64,000 nt of DNA from Antedon mediterranea (taxonomy: Eukaryota > Animalia > Echinodermata), in contig NC_092676.1 in assembly GCF_964355755.1 (NCBI RefSeq), positions 8,099,888 to 8,163,887 on the forward strand. The letters are read 5' to 3'. Both the position numbers and the translations under genes were made by a program. Positions within the stretch are counted from its first letter, which is position 1. Every line of letters starts with the position of its first letter. Shown in pieces: positions 1 to 10,929 of this stretch. The notes under the pieces are model-generated. The model was not told the DNA's origin and did no database searches. It saw nothing but the letters and a program-made list of their open reading frames with translations.

Positions 1-36
1 AAACTCTCACTATTTTTATTAATGTACGTGCGACTA

Positions 37-363
37 AGGCTGTGTTTCTGTAGCCAAAATAAAAATTATTGTTTAATGTTTTAACCAATCAGGTAATTCA
101 TTTTAAAATAATGTGCACATAATCAGTCATTACCAAACAACCAAGTGCCCAATCATAACACAACAATTTGTCCTCAGGTCAAAGGTTAAAAATCAATTCA
201 TTTATCCAATAAATATCCGATTTGAATCAGATAATTATCGGTTAATTCGTCTCGATCGCAATCGGTTAAACCCTGTTTCCACAGGCAGTTTATTGGTTAA
301 TTATTATTAGTTAATTATTATGGGTTAATTATCAGTTAATCTTTGGCTGCGGAAACACAGCCT
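37..363. mobile_element. MITE with ~24-bp terminal inverted repeats, in a BORA intron
   Basis: Left end AGGCTGTGTTTCTGTAGCCAAA matches the reverse complement of right end TTTGGCTGCGGAAACACAGCCT; TA on both sides. Confidence 0.75.
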
Positions 364-475
364 TAATACAGTAGGAAAATCAGTTTGAATTTTACTTAGT
401 AATCTACAGGTTTTTAAACTCTTTATTAAATTGTTTTCTCAAACATTCTTTCTTATTCAATTTGAAGTTTGTTAC

Positions 476-604
476 CTTTGTAGATGACGGTGTTTTTATT
501 TTGAAAATAGATGGACTAAACTTGGACAAGTGAAGGCTATCAGTGCTCTCAGCTTCAAAAGGGTTGATTGACACATCTGAACAAGATACACTATTTTCAT
601 CCAT
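476..604 (-). CDS. BORA: Protein aurora borealis (Bora), first coding exon; gene continues off the left edge
   Basis: Exon 638..476 (acceptor TTTTTACAG, donor AAG|GTAAC), ATG at 604: MDENSVSCSDVSINPFEAESTDSLHLSKFSPSIFKIKTPSSTK has the Bora N-terminal pattern NPFE...L...SPS(I/V)FK..TP. Putative non-coding exon 1 ends at 2919 (TAG|GTAAGT). Lies head-to-head with MZT1. Confidence 0.75.
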
Positions 605-998
605 GGTTATTAAGTGGTCATTTCTTAACTCTGTTCTGCTGTAAAAAGAAAAGTGTTTATTCAACTGTCTGATAGTACAGTACTTAGCTATCTAGGATAG
701 GACGGACGTTGGTACTTATTTTAGACTAATAAAAGTTAAAAATAAACAGCTGAGTTGAATAACATTACTGTATGTATTTAATACTTGTTTAAAATTATAT
801 AGACATAGACATAGATAGATATACTTTATTGTCACATAATACCGTAATTATAAAATGTGAGACTCAGCTCCCCTAGGCCCTATATATATTACTACTAGCC
901 TAGGCCCGGGCATATAATCTGGTATATTATATGGCAGGTAGACTAGACGATATCTACTGTATAATAATAATATGGTGGTGGTGGCAGCTACAACAGTT

Positions 999-2637
999 TA
1001 CGATGAAATCGATCGCGTCTGAAATCGGTCGCGTTTGAAATCGGTCGCGATAAAATCAACTTCTGGTATTTTGTATGGCGCGCCACTAGAGCTACAGTAT
1101 ACTTTTGATGATATCGGTCGCGTTTGAAATTGGTCGCGCTATTTTGTATGGAGTGGGATGCATGCTAGCGGGATATTCATTTTCTTTACTTTATTCATTA
1201 TTAATATTTATGTGGATATTTTTTATTTGGTTTCACAGGTCTCGAAGAAGGACTGTGTCTTTTCAAAATGGCCATTTCTAAACATGTTTAAATATTATAT
1301 TAGGCATATAATAATTTACCTCTATTTATATGTACTGTAAGTAATTAATATATTATATACGTCTGTCTTTTATTATGCAAAAAATTACGTAAAAGTGAAC
1401 AATTTATTTTAAAACAATAATTTTTACAATGTACAGTATAGCCCGTAAAGCCAGCGTATCCATTTTTATACTTATGCATACTGTGGCAGATTATCATATC
1501 CATGTCGTTAACATTAACAACATAGCCTACTATTCAATCACCTTATTTTTATTTCTATTTTATTTATATACATTATGTAGGATAATATTAAGTGTAGGGC
1601 TAATGATTATTGTTGAGGCAAATCACGTGTATATTTTTATTTCTATTGTTTAAAATAGTTTTTAGTAAAAGGATCAATATATGCGGATGGTTAAAAGGCG
1701 AGTTACTGACATAAACCCTCGAATAAGCCATGTCGGTGATGCGTCTTTTATGATCGTGCACCTGTTTCCTCTAACAATACGTCATTTTGCAGACGGGGTT
1801 TCCCCATTTTAAAAAACATGCACTTGTTAGTGTGTCAAATCATGGACAAAACATGTACGATCGTTGTCCATGACCAGGTAAAGATGACGTCTATTACTAA
1901 TAACCATACGTTTGAAACGTCTATAGGCCTCCTGCACATGTTTTCGTGTATACGTCGGCGATACTAGAGATTTTAATTTGAATATCTTTTATTTCTTCAT
2001 TTATAATAATCATTTAATGTAAATAATTAAGTAAATAAAACTCAGTGTCTCACATCCATACGCCGTTCGTAAATCTAAATGTTAATGTTTAAATATCAGT
2101 GCAGATTACCTCTTTGAGAATCGTGTCCACCTTTATTATCCATAGGCCTACATTATTATTCTCACATCTATCATTGTACATCAGTCCTACTGTAGGGCCG
2201 GGAGATTGATTTATAACGGCATATTATCTATATATTTTATTATTAGTATTCTACAACCATGCTCACGTCAGAGTGGCGGATATCGAATGCAAAAATCATC
2301 ATCATGCATCATCTTCCTTTATTGCATAAACCTCATTGAGCTGGTATCCACTTGCAGGTATAGAATGAGTTTCGTAATTAACTGTGATTAAAAAATATGC
2401 AATAGGCGCGTCTGCTATTCAAAATTAACTAAAAAACATAATTAGCGTTTTCATAAAAAATGTATCTACTACAATACAAATTAGCCCAAAATAAAACACG
2501 ACAGATATCAAACGTAGCTATTATGATAAAAAGCGTATCTAGCGGTGCTCCATACAAAATACCGGATGTTGATTTTATCGTGACCGATTTCAAACGCGAC
2601 CGATTTCAAGCACGGCCGATTTCATCTGACACCGCTA
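999..2637. mobile_element. Non-autonomous DNA transposon with ~90-bp TIRs (possibly Mutator-like) in BORA intron 1
   Basis: 1001-1090 (GAAATCGGTCGCG subrepeats...ATTTTGTATGG) is inverted at ~2538-2630; CTACAACAGTT is directly repeated at 988-998 and 2638-2648. Confidence 0.65.
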
Positions 2638-2996
2638 CTACAACAGTTCTAGGCCTATCATACTCATCATAGGACACTCTGAAGTACAGCTAGACCTTCT
2701 TCCTACTTACTAATACTATACCTAGCCTAGGCCTACTACTAAACGAACTTCATTAGACCATGGTGGTACATCCAGACTACTAATAGGCCTAGTTAGGCCT
2801 AGGCCTAGTACTATATCCCCAGGCCCTATCTCGGGCTAGCAACAATACAATAATGATTGAATGATTTTGATAGGCCTACTAGCTAGGCCTAAAAACATTT
2901 TATATCCTATATACTTACCTACATACATATACGCAATACCATTAAAATAAGTTTAATTAGGGACAAGGTTTGTGGCGGTAAACTTTGTTAACCACA

Positions 2997-3280
2997 TTTA
3001 AAAATGTCGCCAAAAATACAGCAGTAGGCCAAAACTGATTGACGAACCAATCAAAAGACGATATTAGGTTGACATTAGCAAAATGTCTTTTGATTATTTA
3101 TTAATAATTTAAGATTTAGCATAAATGATTAGACTATGTACTAACAAAATATAATGGTGTAAATATTTATTTTTTTAGTATTTTGAGTATTAAAAAAAGA
3201 TTAAAATAACAATGGTACAATATCAAGAATATTATTATGTTGATGAAATTTACTAAAGACGTCTATTTAGACACCGAAAT
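2997..3280. promoter_or_regulatory. Bidirectional BORA/MZT1 promoter region
   Basis: Only ~360 bp between the BORA exon-1 donor (2918) and the MZT1 ATG (3281); CCAAT at 3047-3051; GGCGA-N4-TTTAAA on the minus strand at 3011-2997. Confidence 0.55.
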
Positions 3281-4529
3281 ATGGCGGATAAAAAAGACGT
3301 AAATTTTGATTCATCACGCCAGGCAATGGATTGTAAGTGTGTAAGATTTTAAAGTCAAAATAAAAAGTAACACTTTATTAAGTCTATTGTAACAAAATAT
3401 TCGGTTAGTGTGTTAGAGCTAGATTCACGGCACTACTAGGCCCTGGCTAGGCCTAGACAGCTAGCCTAATGAGGATCGGTCGCTGTTTTGTCCGGCTTGG
3501 TGTTGCCTCAAGAATGGTATGCTAGGCCTAGACTACTGTAGGCCGAGTGAAAGGAAGTTGAAAAAAGAATGGGTAAGAAAGTGTGATAGAGTGGGTGGGA
3601 GGTATCTGTGAATTGATGAACATTACGTTTTATTCTTTTAGGTTTACAGGAGATGTCTAACCTACTTAACACTGGTTTAGATGCAGAAACACTGTCAATT
3701 TGCGTTAGGCTTTGTGAACAGGGAGTAAACCCAGAAGCATTGGCTGCTGTAATAACAGAATTAAGGAGAGAAGTTAACAGTATTCGAGTAAGCATATATG
3801 AGTTATCTACATACCAGTATTTAATTATTTTAATATAAATGTTGATTTTATAGTGTGTATTTAATAGTTTTACAACAAAAAATGAATCTGGGGAAAATGA
3901 TATTTTAGAAATATATTTAAAATCATCATTGTCATCATCAATATCATGTTCATTCTTCCTTATCATCAATTATCATTATCAATTTTATCTTCCTCATGAA
4001 TATTGTCCTCATGTATGTCATCATCATCATTCATCATCATCATATTATCTTTCTCCTCATTATATTAATCATTATGCACTTGCCAATTGTATGACCCACT
4101 ATACGACCCACTATACGACCCCCGGGAGAGGTGCGTCATGGGTGCGTCATTTACAAATAATTATTGACGCAGTCAATGAACAATGGTGTGTCAATGTCCG
4201 TCACTTTACCACCCTCCATATCATAAACAACATGGTCACAGTGCGTCAAAATGGGTGTGTCAAAATGGGTGTTTCATGGTCACCTAAAGGTAAGTCATAT
4301 TTTTAACGCACAGGTGTGTCATTCATAAGGTATGACGGACATCGGACAAATGACACACCTCTCCCGGGGGTCGTATAGTGGGTCATACAATTGACAAGTG
4401 CATTAATATCAGACTAAGCTTGCTTATCTTATCCAAATACCATCAACGCCTGTCCTGATATGTTGATTTTTAGGATTTTTTACACTATTTTGTTTTTACT
4501 TCTCATTTTAGGCTGAAGATTCAAATTGA
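3281..4529 (+). CDS. MZT1: Mitotic-spindle organizing protein 1 (MOZART1), 71 aa, 3 exons
   Basis: join(3281..3332,3642..3787,4512..4529), all GT-AG and in frame: [71 protein letters not shown]; contains the diagnostic [24 protein letters not shown]. Confidence 0.96.
4075..4402. mobile_element. PIF/Harbinger-like MITE in MZT1 intron 2
   Basis: ~55-bp TIRs TGCACTTG(C/T)CAATTGTATGACCCACTATACGACCCCCGGGAGAGGTG; TTA duplicated on both sides. Confidence 0.8.
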
Positions 4530-4978
4530 TGAACTGCCAAGTCTTGTTTTCATACCTCTATTAGCTTTCATGTCATGGATACTTGAGAGAGTGTAATTAT
4601 ACTGTAGGCCTACATGTACAGTATACATAATATGATAAGAAGATAATAAGATAAAAGAAATCTTTATCTTTGAAAGAGTGTACATATAAGATGCTTGTGT
4701 TACTAAAAATCTGATTTTTTTATGATAATGTTTGAACCTTTTATATTAATGTAAAAAAATGTTTACAAAAATTGTTAATTTGTTTTTACTGAAAGCGTTA
4801 TGTACAGTATTTATCAGTAAAAGTACTTTAAAAATACATACACAGTTTTATTTTGTTTTCTTTTTCAGGCATAAGCATAAATTAAAACAAGTTTTCAAAT
4901 CCGCGCAACTAACATAATTTATAGCCCTACACTTAATATACATGTACAGTATATGCATATATTAAAAAATGTAAAAGA

Positions 4979-5160
4979 CAGTAGAACTCGTAATTTTGGA
5001 CACTCCTATTAAGAGGATACCACGATTAGAAGTAAGAGTTTCCCATGAAACGAATGAATTTTTTTTTAACGCTATAGTCAACCCCTATTCTGGGGACATC
5101 CTTATTTATGGGACATTTTGGTGGGTCCCAAAGGTGACCTAATAATATAGGGTACACTTT
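4979..5160. mobile_element. Degenerate Tc1/pogo-like MITE (CAGTAGAAC... / GGGACAC family)
   Basis: Starts CAGTAGAACTC with repeated CCTATT..GGGGACA motifs; related pieces at ~43540-44226 and ~50660-50820. Confidence 0.45.
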
Positions 5161-8100
5161 CTATGTGTTTGTGAACATAGCCCTAAACAATGCGTTGAGC
5201 ATCGATTAGATCATTTGACGTCACTGCGGTTCCCTAAAAATATTAGGCCTAACGATCTGTATTTCATCATATGTACGTATTTCGTGTATGTATAATCATA
5301 TAAGCCTACAGTATACTGTATATATCTTTACAAATACTAATAAGCATTCGTTACAGAAATATCATTGATATATCACGTACGTGATATAGGAAACATTAAA
5401 TAAATATCCGCCTACGAAACGATGCTTCATTAGCTTCTCGCAAAATACCAGCACAGATGTAATTCACATGATAGTGAAATAAATTAAAAAGATATTAAAA
5501 CATATTGAAAGATGCGTGGTGTGTGTATTAGATGTAAAGAATCGATTGAAAGGAAAGAAGAAACACTTCCCATCAATAAGCTGATTATAGGCCTACGTCA
5601 GGCCTGGCTTTAAACGAAAATCTGAGGTTAAAATAAATCGAGGTGTCTAGAAAACTAGATTATGAAAACCAACTTATGAATTCCTTATAAGACATGGGCG
5701 CATTTAGAGGGGCCGGGGCGGATTTCCCCTCTAAATTTCACAAGTTGTAATGCAAAAGATGGGACATTAAATTCAGAACTTCATTTCGCTACTTTTAGGC
5801 CCCCACCCTTATTTCAAAATCCCGGATCCGTCTGTAAGATACCCTCGTTTTCCACACACCTTTAAATTGGCCCAAATATATGAAAGATGAATTTTTTGGG
5901 TGATTTAATATTTGGTTATATAGCCTGGAGGCGAGGTTTTGAGGATATCAAATCAATTGAACTTTGGGTTGGGTAGCCTGAAGGCGATAAAAGAAAGTTT
6001 TAAGGATATCAAATCGAGTAGATAGAATATACCAACCCTTTTGTTTTGATTAATGATTCTTTGTCAAAATCACTTAAACCATTTCCATCTTTGTTTATTA
6101 TAGAAGCTACGTATAATCAATACCAATTTCGTTTCGAGACATTAAGTTCTAGAATTAAGACTCCATAATATCTAAAACTGAACTCGTGCGATGAGGTTCT
6201 TCAATGTATTGCAGCTGCATATGATTATTTATTCATGGCAAAATTCTTTATGATTTTCACAACGATTACAAATGAATCGTTTTTACTCATGGGGCAGCAA
6301 ACATACCAACACGTGCAGCTAGGCTACTTCTCGATCGACCGCCGGTGATCCCAGAGTAATCGATTGATTAAGGCGTTTAGGAGCTAAATCAGCCGGAAAA
6401 TGAATCAATTACACAAAATATAAAACCACTTAACATTTTATTAACCGACGTGTTAAATGATAATTGTAAGAAAGAGTCGATTTTTACGGTACACTTAATC
6501 AATGGAAAACGTATCGGCCTATCCTTTAATGCACGGAGAAAAACTACTTAAAAAAATCGTCTAGGTTCTTGAATATATCTACCATGTCTTATAAGAAAGG
6601 ACCAGTTTTATGGATGAGGGACAGACAGACAAACTGATTATATTTGTAAACAGTTGGACAGAGAATAGAATAAATGTGAATAATAAAGAAATGTATTGGC
6701 CGGGATGATGGATGCGAGTTAGAATGGATGGACATTTAGAAACAGACGGGTAGACAGACAAACATAGAATCAACGAAATCAAAGAAAGAAGAATGGGTAG
6801 ATGATCCAATGCACGGAGATGGGTGACGAAATGATAATATTAATAGATACATATCTCTGGATTATTTAGTGACTGGCAGAGAGGTGGGATTGCCTTATAA
6901 ATAGGCGGCGCGTGTGTGTGTAAAAGTATAGATGGGTACGTGGATGGCGCGCGTGTGTGTAAAAGTATAGATGGGTACGTGGATGAATAAATGAATGAAC
7001 GACCTAAGAGACATTCTCTAACATATACTTGCATTTTAAATTGCATGCATCGTTTAAAATTGCAATTTCCCTAATACCTCGTAGTAATTTGTAGATTGTT
7101 AGCTACATGTCGAAAATGCGTACACTTGACAGATATATAACGTTGTAATCTATCCAGATTATCCGTTTACGCATGCTCAACAAATAATAAAAAGAAAACC
7201 TTACGAGTGACCTAATATGAGCATATGAAGATGTATGAGTAGTCATTGAAATTGCTCCAGCGCGCGTCTTACTTTTCTGTCGGCAAGATAAAAGTCAGAC
7301 CATATAGGCTCTGGATGTTACACGACGGTAAACACCTAATCGACACTTTTATGCGTCGTTAAAAAGCAATATAGTAATTCGACTTTCTGCGCTATCTATT
7401 AATGACGTCATTCAATTTATCGATCTTTCGAGCTGTGCATCTTGTGTTGATCAATCACTTCGGAACATGAGAGGCGCGCGTAAGTGATTGAATATCGATT
7501 GGGTGATGCAGCAGACTTTTTGAGTACAAACAGTGAACAGGTTTTTGTATAAATCTAACCATCTGTCATCAGCTCATCTAAACCTATTGTGTTCCTGGCT
7601 TTCATATGCAAAACGGATTTATTATACTCCCGTGCCCGACATAAACTGACTAATTATTTCAATACAGATTGTTATGGAGCACCGACACCACTGGAATTAA
7701 ATACCGTACTGAAAGGTGAGCATAAACATAAAGGTTAACTATATTTACATGTATTATATGCAAGATGTATTTTTAATTTTTATAACTAATTATTTATATT
7801 CACCAGTTGTTTTAAACAAAATTATGTATGTTTAATTTAACAGTCAAACGGGCCAACTAATGCATTATATATATTTGAATGTTGTATGTTGATTAAATTG
7901 ATATATCGTCAAAAAACGTTTGACACGCGAGTCAGACGTTGATAAAACATACACGACTTTTGTACGTGCGCGTCCTGCGGTGTTTTGCATTATTTTACCT
8001 TATATGACTCGATAACGATATAAAACAACATAAATATGTACATTATATATACCTCCTTTAATGATATCATACCGTATTAGATAATAACATCTTTTCGTTT

Positions 8101-8939
8101 ACCTTTATATAAATATGTATATTACCTAATGTAGATGTACACGATTACAGTGTTGACAGTGCGAGACTTAACCGTATTTGATTTGAGTATCTTGGGGGAT
8201 ACTTAACCGACATTGGAAAGTGTCTTGGGGTTATTCAGCTGATAGTATGTACACGTAATATGAGAATCTGATCATCATCATAACATCCTTTAATACAAAA
8301 TGAAGTAATGTTGAAAGGATGACATCATCATGTCCATATAAGGGCACATCAGATTTGTTGTCACATAAAGTTTGATAGTGTAGACAAGGCATGCTATACA
8401 TTATAGATTAGTAGACTGAATTATGAAGTCTTAATTATCGTCATTAAGTCTCTATCTGGTTATTGACCAATCACCAATCACCTTTCAAATAACCCTTTGC
8501 CATCCTATCTTAGATTACACGTCTCTCTTCTTTGCATGTCAAATTTCCCAACAAATTGGGTCGAATATTTTTTAATATTTTACACAACTAAATGATTAAA
8601 TTGGCCTACCGCATGCGTTTGTTTGATTAATAATAATAATTAAGAACTTGCAACAATATTTAAATTTGCCTCTTAATTAAAAATTGTTTGAGGATCTGGG
8701 AATTAATTCACTGCTTGTTTTAGTACAGTACAAGTGTCTCTAGGCAGTTTATTATATTATCTTTATTGTAAAGCATGCATGTTATTAATATTCATAAAGT
8801 GTCGGTCGGTACATTTGATATTACAATATCAATAATGCAATATAGCAGTATAGGTTCTTATCATATTATTAGAACAGTACACGTGTGATAGGCCTACAGC
8901 ATGTTGTGAAAGTACGTCTGAACCAGCTTTTATAATTGT

Positions 8940-9122
8940 TTGTATTTTCACATTGGTGAAACCTCAATCTATATAATTAGACAAAAATGGTTGAACATTT
9001 AACTCTGCTCCACTTACTATCTGTCAGCTGTTAACTTAAGTTACTTCCAACACTAGGCAAATTACTAAAGGAGATCTTCTTATCCCTCGTCCTTACCTTG
9101 AAATCTTTAAACTTTCTTTTAC
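8940..9122 (+). mobile_element. Non-LTR retrotransposon (CR1/L2-like) ORF2 C-terminal fragment
   Basis: Translates ...NTRQITKGDLLIPRPYLEIFKLSF, typical of the end of CR1/L2 ORF2; interrupted by stops. Confidence 0.5.
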
Positions 9123-9129
9123 TGTAGTT

Positions 9130-9710
9130 TCAATTCAATTCAACTTTATTTCAGACAAACTGTCCATATGAAACATATAAATACAATAAAAAATAATACA
9201 AAGCATTATGTGACAACCGTCATGGAGAGAGGACTAATAATTATTTGTTGACATATAGTGCCTCTTAAAATACATGTGGATTATGTTTTGGGATTTATTG
9301 GATGTAGACTGTAGACATTATTATATTATTGATTACTATAGTTTAAAAACAACACATTATTATGGCTATACTGATACTAGTTAACACACGTAAAAGTATA
9401 CATGAGATTATATATACAAAAGTTCTATCCATTTTCTATGCAACTTTTAATCTTTTAGAATACGAGAAAAAATACATGTAATTAAAGTATTACAGCTTTT
9501 TTCAATTTTTGTTTTGAAACAAAAAATTGATTTCCGAATGTACTCATAGAAGGAGGGAACATGGTTATCAACAAACATAGCACTAGCACTACAGCTCCTT
9601 GAGCGTCTTAAAATCTTTCTTTAATACTCTCTACCCATAAGAATTCGTAACTCTTACAATTTCTTCTCCTTTAAATCTCTTTTGACAAAATACATCTTTC
9701 TTTCTCTCTC
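9130..9710 (-). mobile_element. 3' fragment of a second non-LTR retrotransposon (RTEX-like)
   Basis: Minus strand reads RSCSASAMFVDNHVPSFYEYIRKSIFCFKTKIEKSCNTLI, followed by AATAAA and a (TTGAA)n tail at ~9130-9150. Confidence 0.55.
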
Positions 9711-9749
9711 TCTGATAGCCTACTATGTATATTTAGGCATATATATATA

Positions 9750-9918
9750 TAGGCATAGAACATTAATTCTAAACCGCCCGGTAATATACTGAAATTTAAT
9801 TAATTAATTTGAAACGATAAAGATGAGGAAATCTGTGAGAATGAGAAAAAGTCGCCCCAACCGAGACTCGAACTCGGACCGCCTGCTTGATATGCAGATG
9901 TCCTAACCGTTAGACCAC
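9750..9918 (-). mobile_element. tRNA-derived SINE-like element or tRNA pseudogene, 5' truncated
   Basis: Minus strand GTGGTCTAACGGTTAGG (A box), anticodon-like stem TCTGC-ATATCAA-GCAGG, GAGTTCGAGTC (B box); no 5' acceptor arm; flanked by (TA)n. Confidence 0.6.
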
Positions 9919-10334
9919 ATATATATATTTTTTATATATTTGTTAATTTTGTATTTTTATAGTTTATTTTGTATTTACTGTTTGTATTGTTTGAGGGTCC
10001 ATAATGATCAGCATGTTGGATGGATCAGAGATCTGACATTTTGGATGCATTTAAACAATTTTTTCTTCAATTATACAAATACATTATAATCAAGTTTTCT
10101 ATTTCACCTGATGAGTGTGTCAACTCTTCTGGAATAAAAAAAAAACCAGATTTGGTGTGAAACCAAATACCAAGTAACCAAATTATATTTTTAATTGTGA
10201 TTATCATAGCTCTTCCAATCGACGACTGTAATCAGATGATCTAGTAGGCATAATCTCCTCTCATTTATAATAAAAGTATAAGTAATAATTATCACCGGGA
10301 TAGAAAAAGAATCAAAACAAAACAGTAATTATAA

Positions 10335-10479
10335 AGCCTTGTCTGCACTGACAAAAAATGTGATGTGCCCATATATGGACATTATGATGGCATATCACTA
10401 CCATATTTGGGCATATCACCACCATATTTGAATACATACACTTTTTTTTCCAAACTAGTTTGATAGTGTAGACAGGGCT
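10335..10479. mobile_element. MITE family A (PIF/Harbinger, Tourist-like) copy
   Basis: Family TIR AGCTCTGTCTACACTATCAAACT, core ATGTGCCCATATATGGACATGATGATGTCATATCACTACCATATTTGG; TAA on both sides. About 14 copies in the window, including partial ones at ~8319-8390, ~41866-41938 and ~62060-62154. Confidence 0.85.
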
Positions 10480-10778
10480 TAAGAATACATTTTCTTTGTT
10501 CGTAAAAGGTTAATTGAGGTTTTTCAGTCTGGGCTTCATAACATGTAAACATTCTAGATGAACATTACAATCGTCAGAAATCAAACCATAACTTAATTTT
10601 ATAGCGAGATTGCAATCTATGGCATTTTTGTTCAGTTAATGACTTGCGAGCCTTCAGGTGTTATCAGGCAAAATCGCAATATCACTATAGTTTATACTAG
10701 AATAATATTATTCGATGCATTGTACTTATATGGTACTATAAATTCTCCTATTATACAACGTTTCATCATCAGTCTACA

Positions 10779-10929
10779 AGCTCTGTCTACACTATTAAAC
10801 TAAAAAGTATGATGTGCCCAAATATGGTAGTGATATACCCAAATATGGTAGTGATATGACATCATCATGTCCATATATGCGCACATCTCATGTTTTGGTC
10901 ACCTAAACATTGATAGTGTAGACAGGGCT
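10779..10929. mobile_element. MITE family A copy
   Basis: Both TIRs present; core inverted relative to the 10335 copy. Confidence 0.85.

Noticed and set aside
3508-4306. ORFs 3508..3969 (-) and 3929..4306 (+)
   Set aside because: Antisense to MZT1 exon 2, or made of (CAT)n low-complexity sequence and a MITE.
6600-6990. GGAT/GACA-rich tract with a 40-bp duplication and minus-strand ORFs
   Set aside because: Decayed tetranucleotide microsatellite; no coding signal.
9851-9918. Functional tRNA-Asp(ATC) gene
   Set aside because: The 5' acceptor arm is missing and the anticodon loop is atypical; better explained as a SINE head or pseudogene.
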